Positions 29,166-39,728 of a stretch of DNA of 64,000 nt are shown here, one piece after another. The position numbers and the translations under genes were made by a program. This DNA comes from a bacterium (GTDB taxonomy: Bacteria > UBA8248). The notes under the pieces were generated by a model. It saw only the letters and a program-made list of their open reading frames with translations, did not search any database and was not told where the DNA came from. Position 1 is the first letter of the stretch. Every line of letters begins with the position of its first letter. The stretch is from contig OZ244799.1 of assembly GCA_965219955.1 (NCBI GenBank), positions 1,600,001 to 1,664,000 on the forward strand. The letters run 5' to 3'.

Positions 29166-31034
29166 TTACTCGGCTCTCCACGTGCCGAAAGAGCCCAGGA
29201 TTCTGACCGGGTCACCGGAATGCCCCGGCGCTTCCGCGGCAAAAGTGCCTGCCGCGGTCGTGGGGTGGTCACCGCTGCCGTAGAACTGGCCGCCCCACTT
29301 TCCGGCCATGGCCCGGCCCGCCAGGGTGCCCGAAACCTTGTCGCCGAAGCCTAGAGCGGACGTGCCAGCAAGATCACCAGTCGCATCCGTATCAACTGTT
29401 ATCGTCGCCCTCCCCAGCGTCAGCGAGCCTTCCACGTCCATGCCGCCGGCCCTGATGTTGGAGATGGAGCCGGTGACGGCGCCCAGGAGGTTGGTAGCGG
29501 CGATTTCGGCTCCGCCGAAGTTGGCGTTCAGGGTGGCGTCCGCGTCGAAGTATTCGACCATGCCGGCCGCCGAATACGCGCCGCTCGCGACGCCGTTATA
29601 CGTCGCCGTGCCCTTGTGGGCACCGGTGACAGTGAACACCTGATTGCCGTAAGCGAATGCGCCCGCCTGGGCGGCATCGGCCGTTATGGCGGAAGTAACA
29701 CCATTAGTAGCTACATTTTGCAGGGAGTCCCTGGTGGAACCGGTTACCCAGAAACCCCAGGCCAGGTAGTCGCTATCCGCCTTGGTGGTTCCGTCGCTCT
29801 TATGGAATGAGTAGCCCGTATTCGCTACGATCTTTCCACTCGCGTCGACACTGATTGAGCAAGTGGTGGCAGGAGAGGCAGAGGCGCCAGCACATTGAAA
29901 TTGTCCTGCAACCGGAGGGTTATTGTCTGCGGGATTCTGGTTGAACGTCGCCGCGAAATTGCTTCCGTCCCCCGCGACCTCCCCCGCTACGATTACACCA
30001 TTGGTGGCGGTGATATCGGCAATGGCAACTGTAGCATCAGAAACATAGTTCTGGGTCGGCGCCTGAATGTCCGTGTTGACGACGAGATGAGATTTCACAT
30101 TGGCGCCATCAACTGGCTGGGTCACCAGATCCTGGGCTTCCCAGCCTCCCTTGGTCTGGAAGCGTGAAGGCGTTTCACCCATCACCAATCTCTCAGTATT
30201 AGCAACACTGGGACTAGCAGCACTACCACCAAGGTTAAGCGCAAATGTGGATCCGCCCGCCTTATGCACGACTACTGCTGTAGGTGAGGTACCTCCACTA
30301 ATAGGTGATACACCCATACTTACGGTAGCAGCTGCATTAGTTCCAGTTTCCTCAGCAGGAGTAGTTGTTGAATCACTGCTTGCGCTCAGGTTCGTAAGAC
30401 CAGCAACAGTAGCAACAGTAGCAGACCCAGCCCCTGCGGCATTTGCCATTGCTATGCCCACGTTCGCCGCATTTGAAACAGACTTGGGCGGATCCTTGCC
30501 CTCCAACTCGGCATTTGCGATATCTTCGCCGTTGAGCTGCTTGTTCGCCAGCATGGTAACACCCAGGCCGCGCGCCATCCCCGCTTCCATCGCCATGTCG
30601 CGGGCCGCCTCGGCCTTCATCTGGTATTCCATGGCCATTTCGGAAGTCGTGGCTGCAGCCGCCATGTCGGACGCTTCCTTGGCCATCGCCGCGTGCGGCT
30701 GCGCGTTGCCCATCGCCACGGGGTCCTTCGCGCCGCCTACGGCCGCCATCGCCGCCATGTAGGCCGCCATCGCGGCGTCCTGCGCGTCGCTCAGGGCCTT
30801 TGCTTCGGCCATTTCCGCGGCGAGCTCTTCAGCGGAGACGCAAGCTCCGTCTCTCCACTCGCCGTCGTTACCCTCGCACATTTCCTGCGGGGTCGGTTCC
30901 GGCATGGTGGGCGGCTCCGGGTCCGGCGCCGTGGCGCTGCCGCCACCGCCGCCGCAACCGGCCAACACGAGGGCGAAAACCGCCGCCATCGCGAAAGCGT
31001 AAAGCTTGGTTATCGATTTATCTTTGAACGTCAT
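29166..31034 (-). CDS. Surface lipoprotein B with TbpB-like C-terminal beta-barrel (paralog of A)
   Basis: Lipobox LAG-C followed by GGGGGS; Ala/Met-rich stalk; DYLAWGFW, ATYNG, WGGQFYG, AAGTF and terminal GSFGTWR; CAGGAGG RBS. Confidence 0.8.
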   Translation of the reverse strand: MTFKDKSITKLYAFAMAAVFALVLAGCGGGGGSATAPDPEPPTMPEPTPQEMCEGNDGEWRDGACVSAEELAAEMAEAKALSDAQDAAMAAYMAAMAAVGGAKDPVAMGNAQPHAAMAKEASDMAAAATTSEMAMEYQMKAEAARDMAMEAGMARGLGVTMLANKQLNGEDIANAELEGKDPPKSVSNAANVGIAMANAAGAGSATVATVAGLTNLSASSDSTTTPAEETGTNAAATVSMGVSPISGGTSPTAVVVHKAGGSTFALNLGGSAASPSVANTERLVMGETPSRFQTKGGWEAQDLVTQPVDGANVKSHLVVNTDIQAPTQNYVSDATVAIADITATNGVIVAGEVAGDGSNFAATFNQNPADNNPPVAGQFQCAGASASPATTCSISVDASGKIVANTGYSFHKSDGTTKADSDYLAWGFWVTGSTRDSLQNVATNGVTSAITADAAQAGAFAYGNQVFTVTGAHKGTATYNGVASGAYSAAGMVEYFDADATLNANFGGAEIAATNLLGAVTGSISNIRAGGMDVEGSLTLGRATITVDTDATGDLAGTSALGFGDKVSGTLAGRAMAGKWGGQFYGSGDHPTTAAGTFAAEAPGHSGDPVRILGSFGTWRAE

Positions 31035-31291
31035 TTAGTGAGTCCTCCTGAATACACAGTAGAAAAAGGGATTTTCAGTGAATTTCCGGCTTTCTCCGAT
31101 TAACCTCCTTTCCTTCTCATATACGGGCCTTCACAAACCGATTGTCGTATTTCGGCCAGCCGGAAGGACGGCGGACTTGCGGACCCATCGTCCGGGCTGG
31201 TATTAACTCTTTCCGCGACACACGAATCCCTGAGGTATGCGCGCACCTTTTTCGGTCTCCACAGACGAACCGCCTCGCACCCGGCCTGCCC

Positions 31292-31314
31292 GCCGCTAAT
31301 TATTGTTACGGGAC
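31292..31314 (-). other. Putative recombination site L (lox-like)
   Basis: Reverse complement GTCCCGTAA-CAATAA-TTAGCGGC matches site R at 18/23 positions, with an identical 12-bp core. Confidence 0.7.
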
Positions 31315-31431
31315 GCGGGAAGCCCCGTTCTCCGCCGGAAAACCCGTTCCGGGGCGCGCGCGGGCCGCAAAAGAGCGAAAAAAGACGGAAAACGGCGCCC
31401 GAAAACTCCTCCAGGGACCCCGGAATTGCGC

Positions 31432-31459
31432 TTGACATGGTTTTGAGAGGTGTTATATT
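31432..31459 (+). promoter_or_regulatory. Sigma-70 promoter inside the putative invertible segment
   Basis: Perfect TTGACA (31432-31437), 16-bp spacer, extended -10 TGt-TATATT (31451-31459); phased A-tracts upstream. Confidence 0.75.
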
Positions 31460-31482
31460 GTCTGATAACAATAATTATCGGA
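31460..31482 (+). other. Putative recombination site R (lox-like)
   Basis: GTCTGATAA-CAATAA-TTATCGGA: 8-bp inverted arms (1 mismatch) around a 6-bp asymmetric spacer, the usual architecture of tyrosine-recombinase core sites. Confidence 0.75.
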
Positions 31483-31658
31483 ATTCAGAAAATCCACCGC
31501 CCCGGGTGGATATCCGCGTCCAGAATCAGCTTTTTTTCCTGGAAATTCCCCGCCGTAGTCTATACTCTGTCATCGAGGAGGTTCTCGGGCGGAGCGAGGC
31601 GCCCGGGCGGCCTCAGGGAATGGAAACAGCCGCTGACCCGGAAGGTTGGCTTCTCACC

Positions 31659-32609
31659 ATGACGACGGGGGCGACACCACTCGACCCCACCCAAGACATC
31701 GCTTTGACGAATACGCCGGCCGGGGGGCCTGCCCCGGTCCGGCCGGCCGCGGACCTGGCGAAGGCCTCGATGGCGAAGAACACGCGGCGGGCGTACGAGG
31801 CGGCGCTCAGGGGGTTCGAGCGTTCGGGCCGCCCGGAGACCGACGCCGGGGTGGCGGCGTACCTGGGGGACCTCTACGAGGAGGGGCTTTCCGCGGCCTG
31901 CGCCGCCATGACGGTCGCGGCGCTCCGCTTCCGGGCGAAGCTGGGCGGCCGGCCCTCTCCGGTGGGGGCGGCTTCGGAGCGGGTGCTGGCCGGCTTCAGG
32001 CGCCTCGCCGCAGAGCGGGGCCGCGGCCAGGTGACGGGGGTGCGCTGGGAGCAGGCGGACCGGGCGGCGGCGATGGCCGAACGCGCGGGGGGTCTGGCCG
32101 GGCTGCGCGACGCGGCGATCATCGCGGTGGCGAGCGACGCCCTGCTCCGGGTATCGGAGATATCGGCGCTGGAAGTGGGCGACCTGGACCTCGAGGGGAA
32201 GACGGTGCTGATCCGTCGCTCCAAGACGGACCAGGAGGGCGAGGGCGCCCTGCAGTTCCTGGGCGGGCCGACCGTGGAGCGCGTGCGGGCCTGGCTCCTG
32301 GGCGCCGCGCTGACGGAGGGGCCGCTCTTCCGGGGCGTCCACAAGTCGGGCCGGGTGCGGGCGGAGCGCCTGACGGAGCGGACCCTCCGGCGCATCATCA
32401 TCCGGCGCGCCCGGGACGCGGGCGTGAAGGGGCGCATCAGCGGGCACAGCCTGCGCGTGGGGAGCGCGCAGAGCCTGGCCTCCGCGGGGGCGTCTCTGGT
32501 CGAGATGCAGCTCGCCGGCCGCTGGCAGTCTCCGGCCATGCCGGGGCGCTACGCGCAGGGCCAGCTCGCCCACCGGGGCGCGGTGGCGAGGCTGCGCTAC
32601 GGGCTGTGA
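31659..32609 (+). CDS. Cre-like tyrosine recombinase (start uncertain: 31620 or 31659)
   Basis: Full catalytic set R (LLRVSE), K (RSKTDQEG), HxxR (SGHSLRVG), W (GRW), Y (GRY). W in place of the second His and SGHSxRVG are Cre-type. N-terminal NTRRAY helical domain. Confidence 0.92.
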   Translation: MTTGATPLDPTQDIALTNTPAGGPAPVRPAADLAKASMAKNTRRAYEAALRGFERSGRPETDAGVAAYLGDLYEEGLSAACAAMTVAALRFRAKLGGRPSPVGAASERVLAGFRRLAAERGRGQVTGVRWEQADRAAAMAERAGGLAGLRDAAIIAVASDALLRVSEISALEVGDLDLEGKTVLIRRSKTDQEGEGALQFLGGPTVERVRAWLLGAALTEGPLFRGVHKSGRVRAERLTERTLRRIIIRRARDAGVKGRISGHSLRVGSAQSLASAGASLVEMQLAGRWQSPAMPGRYAQGQLAHRGAVARLRYGL

Positions 32610-32617
32610 GGCCGACG

Positions 32618-33135
32618 CCTCTTTGTCGGGGGGCAAGAAAAGAAAAAGGCCCCCCTGTCAAGGGGGGTTGGGGGGTTTCGGCAAGACGGACCCCGGAAAG
32701 GCAACCCCCCCTACCCCCCCTTGTCAGGGGGGCAAGAAAGAGCCCCATTGGTCAGCTTGTCAATGCGTGTGTAGGGGCCGCATATATGCGGCCCGAGTGT
32801 TGACGGTTAAAAAGGCAGGGACGCATGTATGCGTCCCCTACACCTCCACCTTAGAAATCGCGATCTCGCCGGAATGACGGTGAGTAATCTTCCAGGTCGG
32901 CAATCACTCCTCCCTGGTCGGCGACGTGAGAATCCCGTAGGGACAGGCCTCCGTGCCTGTCCTGACGAAGGACAACCACGAAGAACCGGACAGGCACGGA
33001 GGCCAGGACAACCCTTTTGGGTTGTCCTGCTACAAAACCATCACGCCTGCGCCGCGTGAACCTCCCTGCCGCCGATCCCGAAACAGGCTTTTTTTTACCC
33101 CCCTGACAAGGGGGGGTAGGGGGGGTTGCCCTTGT
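32618..33135. repeat. Intergenic repeat mosaic 7
   Basis: Three CCCCCTACCCCCCCTTGTCAGGGGG-type copies; GTAG doublets 32771-32841 and 32937-33033; CCGGAATGACG half-site. Confidence 0.9.
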
Positions 33136-33217
33136 CCCCCGGTTTGACGGCGGGCGGAACCTCTTTTTATACTGTGCATCCACGAGGATTCTGCGTGGCC
33201 CACTCCGGGGAAAGCCC

Positions 33218-33580
33218 ATGACGACGTACGAATACTTAGGCCTCATCGCCGCCTACCTGAACCTCCTCGCCGCCTACGGCGGTCTCGGCCTCATCTACCA
33301 CGGCATCCGCACGATGGACAGGAACGCCGCCATGCGCTCCGCCGATTCGGAGCGCAAGCACAATGAGACGATGGAGGATATCCGCCGCCGGGAGGAAGAT
33401 TCCAAACGCAGGCACGAAGAGGCGATGGAGAACATCCGCCGCAGGGAAGAAGATTCCAGACGCAGGCACGAGGAGTCGATGGCCAGGCACGACGAGTCGA
33501 TGGCCTCTTTGCGCGAACTCATCGACGGGCAAACGGAAAGCCGCATGGCCCTGCGCGAACTCATCGAGCGAACCAGATAG
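33218..33580 (+). CDS. Membrane-anchored coiled-coil repeat protein, unknown function
   Basis: Hydrophobic N-terminus, then MEDIRRREEDSKRRHEEA / MENIRRREEDSRRRHEES repeats; TTGACG-N18-TATACT promoter at 33144-33173. Confidence 0.7.
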   Translation: MTTYEYLGLIAAYLNLLAAYGGLGLIYHGIRTMDRNAAMRSADSERKHNETMEDIRRREEDSKRRHEEAMENIRRREEDSRRRHEESMARHDESMASLRELIDGQTESRMALRELIERTR

Positions 33581-33581
33581 C

Positions 33582-36381
<2,800 letters not shown>

Positions 36382-36414
36382 TCAATCCGCAGCCGGGAAG
36401 AGAGGGATGGCCCA

Positions 36415-37265
36415 CCGCCGTCATTCCGGCGAAAGCCGGAATCCATTTTGACTTTTCACCGGGCAGGGCGACACGACCTTGTCGTCGCGCGGCGTCCGGA
36501 TGCGGAATCCAGAGAATCCGCCTTTCGTTTTCGTGTTCGATTCCGATCCTCCCCGCCCGGGAGTAAAAACGTCCGAACGAAGAGCGAATAGGCAAAGGCG
36601 AAAATGGATTCCGGCTTTCGCCGGAATGACGAACAAAACCGCACTGCCTTTTGCAAGGACATGTCTCGACCCAGGACAGGCACGGAGGCCTGTCCCTACG
36701 CACCCCCTCCCCGGCCGGTTCGATTGCCCCCTCATTTGTTGAAAGGCAACCCCCCCTACCCCCCCTTGACAGGGGGGCAAGAAAAACCATCCCCCCCGCC
36801 GATGGAGGGGTTGCTCTTTTTTCCCCCTTGTCGGGGTTGTTGCAAAAGCCCCGTCTGCGACCCCCGCAAACAGCCAACGCCTCTTTCCTCACCCTGAGTA
36901 GCCGCCGAAGAGCCTGTCCTGAGCTTGTCGAAGGGCGGCGTATCGAAGGGCGCGGGGAATCAAACGCCTCGCGCCGGGCAAGAGGGCATCCTTCGATACG
37001 GCGCTTACGCGCCTACTCAGGATGAGGGGTGTCGGAGAACAGCGGAGCCTGTCCCGAGCGAAGTCGAGGGGCCGCTACTCAGGATGAGGCGGAGAGGGCT
37101 TTTTCAACAGCGCCTTGTCAGGGGGCAAGAAAGAGCAAAACCCCCTCAGCCCGGCGAGGGGCGAGGCCTTTTTTTACCCCCCTGTCAAGGGGGGGTAGGG
37201 GGGGTTGCCTGTATCCCCGGACAAGGAGGGTTGCTCCCTTGCCGGGGAACTTTTCCAACAGCGCC
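36415..37265. repeat. Intergenic repeat mosaic 9 (last in the window)
   Basis: Inverted CGTCATTCCGGCGAAAGCCGGAATCCA pair 36419-36631, GTAG half, CCCCTACCCCCCCTTG copies, CCTGAGTAG module ~36885-37090. Confidence 0.9.
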
Positions 37266-37746
37266 CGGCCGGGCCGGCCGGCGGAGCTGTCCAGAAGCGG
37301 ATTCGGGGTCTGAGCGCGCGACGCCCGCCCCGCGGCCGGGACCCGCCGCGCGCGCATTTGCGCGCATTTGCCGTCCGCGCGGTTTGGGGGGATTCCGGTA
37401 TGATGAAGGCGCCGGTCGCTTCGCTCCCGGATATGGAATTTCCGTAAATTTCGATAAAATCAGATAAATTCACGGGGTTTTTCGGGAAATTTTTGGAAAT
37501 GACCGAGAGGAAATGCGGGCGGATGCGCGCGCGAAAACCGCCTCCGACGGCCGGATCCGGCCGCCGCCGCACCCGAGCGCGGGGGAATTCTGCCACGGCC
37601 CGCCGGGCCCGCGATACCGGCAAATACGCGGAAATGCGTTTTTCCCGCAAAGACGCCCGAGTCGTCTTGACACCCTCGGGCCGTGTTGGTAGGTTCGCGC
37701 CCGTCAATCTCGTTGCCGCACTCCTCGCCTGGGGGGACAGAAGGGC

Positions 37747-38010
37747 ATGGCCTCCGATCCTTCTCCAGAGCCGGGCCGCGGACAACCAGCGAAGAAAACG
37801 GCCGGGGCGCGGAACCGGAAGATCCGCAGGGGTGTGCGGAACGTGCATCTCGCGACACTGGGCTGGAACTTCGTGACCGCGCCGCTCGTAGGCGGCGGCA
37901 TCGGATATGTGTTTGATTATTATGTCGATACGTATCCGTGGGCGATGGTGGCCGGGTTGTTTCTGGGTTTTGTTTCCGCTTTTGTCGATCTCATCAGAGG
38001 GGTCCGTTGA
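37747..38010 (+). CDS. AtpZ/AtpI-family (ATP synthase gene 1) protein
   Basis: GGGIGYVFDYYVDTYPWAMVAGLFLG two-TM signature; first gene of the F0 cluster. Confidence 0.85.
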   Translation: MASDPSPEPGRGQPAKKTAGARNRKIRRGVRNVHLATLGWNFVTAPLVGGGIGYVFDYYVDTYPWAMVAGLFLGFVSAFVDLIRGVR

Positions 38011-38406
38011 ATGCGAAACCAAGGCCCGCCGTCATTCATCCTCAGAAGCATCTCGAATTCCGGCTGGCTGATCCTTGCGGTCATGAGCCTGGCGGGAGTG
38101 GCCCTGAGGGATATTTCGACGGGCGCCGGCGTGGCGATCGGCGGAGCGTGCGCGCTTGGAAGTTTCCGGATGATGGATGTATACTTCGCCCGCATTTTTC
38201 AAAAAAACATCAGCCGCCCGAAATGGTGGCATCACGTTTTATACGTTTTGAGGTTTCTCGCCCTCATGGGCGTCGTAGCGCTCGCGATAGGCTGGCTCCG
38301 GCTTCCCGTCGTGAGCGTGGTGATAGGGTTGACCGTTCCGCCGTTGGCCATTTTCATTCACGGGGCTCGCAGCGCCCTGCGAATACAAGGATCTACGAGA
38401 GCATAG
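38011..38406 (+). CDS. atpI: ATP synthase protein I
   Basis: Four hydrophobic segments; directly upstream of atpB. Confidence 0.7.
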   Translation: MRNQGPPSFILRSISNSGWLILAVMSLAGVALRDISTGAGVAIGGACALGSFRMMDVYFARIFQKNISRPKWWHHVLYVLRFLALMGVVALAIGWLRLPVVSVVIGLTVPPLAIFIHGARSALRIQGSTRA

Positions 38407-38409
38407 CAC

Positions 38410-39126
38410 ATGGAAAAATTTCATCCGTTCCTGTATTTCGACATCCCGGCGCTCTCCGGCTATCCGAACATCGTGTACAGCTGGGTGGTGATGGTGTTCC
38501 TCATCGCGTGCTCGCTGCTCGTCACCAAAGCGCTGCAAAAGATACCCGTCGGCGGGCAAAACCTCTTCGAGGCGATTTTCGACGGGTTTTCCGCCTTCAT
38601 GGAAGGCCCCCTCGGTGATGAGGGGCGACCCTTCTTCCCCCTCGTATTCACGCTGGGAACCTACATTTTCCTGTGCAACGTCATCGGAATCCTGCCGGGT
38701 TTCATGGCCCCGACGAGCAACCTGAACACCAACGTGGGCTGTGCGCTCACCGTGTTTTTCGCCACGCATTACGTGGGATTCAAGAGAAGCGGCATGGCGT
38801 ATCTCAAGCATTTTACGGGGCCCATCATGTGGCTGGCTCCTCTCATGATCCCCATCGAGATCATCTCGCACCTGAGCCGTCCGCTCTCACTCACCCTGCG
38901 CCTCTTCGGGAACATCACCGGCGAAGAACTGGTGCTCGGCGTTTTGATGCTGCTGTGCCTGCAGATTTTCCTGCCCGTCCCCTGGGCGATGCAGATGTTC
39001 GTCATTTTCGGAAGTTTCATTCAGGCCTTTGTTTTCACACTCTTGACCATGATATATATCGCCGGGTCGCTTGAAGGGCACGATCACGACGAAGAGCATG
39101 GCCATGAGGCCGCCCACGCTCATTAA
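38410..39126 (+). CDS. atpB: F0 ATP synthase subunit a
   Basis: PIEIISHLSRPLSLTLRLFGN and IQAFVFTLLTMIYI motifs; His-rich tail. Confidence 0.97.
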   Translation: MEKFHPFLYFDIPALSGYPNIVYSWVVMVFLIACSLLVTKALQKIPVGGQNLFEAIFDGFSAFMEGPLGDEGRPFFPLVFTLGTYIFLCNVIGILPGFMAPTSNLNTNVGCALTVFFATHYVGFKRSGMAYLKHFTGPIMWLAPLMIPIEIISHLSRPLSLTLRLFGNITGEELVLGVLMLLCLQIFLPVPWAMQMFVIFGSFIQAFVFTLLTMIYIAGSLEGHDHDEEHGHEAAHAH

Positions 39127-39172
39127 CAATAACGGTTCATGTAGGAATCACTTCAACAAGGAGAAGTAAGGG

Positions 39173-39493
39173 ATGAAACGTTTGGGGATAATCGGATTCG
39201 CGTTAGCCAGCTTCGTAGCCACGGCCACCAATGCCTTCGCCGCAGCAGCAGGTGACGCCGGAAGCGGTGAAGTTCTGAAATGGAGAATGATCTCCTCATC
39301 TTTCGCTCTGGCCATCGCCGCCGCAGCCGGCGCTTTCGCCCAGAGCAGGAGCATCGCCAGCGCGTTGGACGGCACGGCGCGCAACCCGGGCGCCGGCGGG
39401 GATCTTCGCGTGTCGATGATCATCGGTCTCGCCTTGATCGAGTCCCTCGTCATTTACACGTTCGTTATCTGCCTCATCATCATCCTCGGCTAG
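39173..39493 (+). CDS. atpE: F0 ATP synthase subunit c with N-terminal extension
   Basis: ARNP loop; GLALIESLVIY with the catalytic Glu. Confidence 0.95.
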   Translation: MKRLGIIGFALASFVATATNAFAAAAGDAGSGEVLKWRMISSSFALAIAAAAGAFAQSRSIASALDGTARNPGAGGDLRVSMIIGLALIESLVIYTFVICLIIILG

Positions 39494-39520
39494 ATAAACC
39501 AGCGTTCGCAAGACCCTGAG

Positions 39521-39545
39521 AGGGGGGCCGAGCGGCCCCCCTTTT
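39521..39545 (+). terminator. Rho-independent terminator after atpE
   Basis: AGGGGGGCC-GAGC-GGCCCCCCT followed by TTT. Confidence 0.85.
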
Positions 39546-39728
39546 GCATTGCCCGACGTCGATTGCATGAACGCGGACCCGAAAGAAATCCTTTGTGCGA
39601 AACAGTTGATCTCATTTCTTTTTGTTGCTGCGTGACCCCCACTTGCCCTGCGCATCAAAACGAATAAAATCTATTCTCGATAGCGAGACTCATGTTCGAC
39701 CTCTAAATTGCGGGTGCGCATTACATCC

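Noticed and set aside
27281-31034. Diversity-generating retroelement or shufflon acting within the lipoprotein genes
   Set aside because: No reverse transcriptase, no template/variable repeat pair, and no further full copy of the TAACAATAATTA core seen inside the genes.
31458-31485. Site R as the chromosomal dif site
   Set aside because: It has the arm-6-arm layout, but the right arm TTATCGGAATT does not match the XerD arm TTATGTTAAAT. An inverted partner and an adjacent Cre-like gene explain it better.
31437-31619. N-terminal extension of the recombinase in the 390-aa ORF call
   Set aside because: It begins inside the promoter -35 element and crosses site R, upstream of the predicted transcription start.
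37270-37746. Replication origin at the switch in gene orientation
   Set aside because: No DnaA-box cluster, no dnaA/dnaN nearby, and by eye the + strand stays C-rich on both sides.
39124-39132. Third recombination site (TAACAATAA at the atpB stop)
   Set aside because: Only 9 bp match and the TTA right arm is missing; likely chance.
39494-39728. Rex operator upstream of rex or atp
   Set aside because: No convincing TTGTGAA-N4-TTCACAA palindrome was found.
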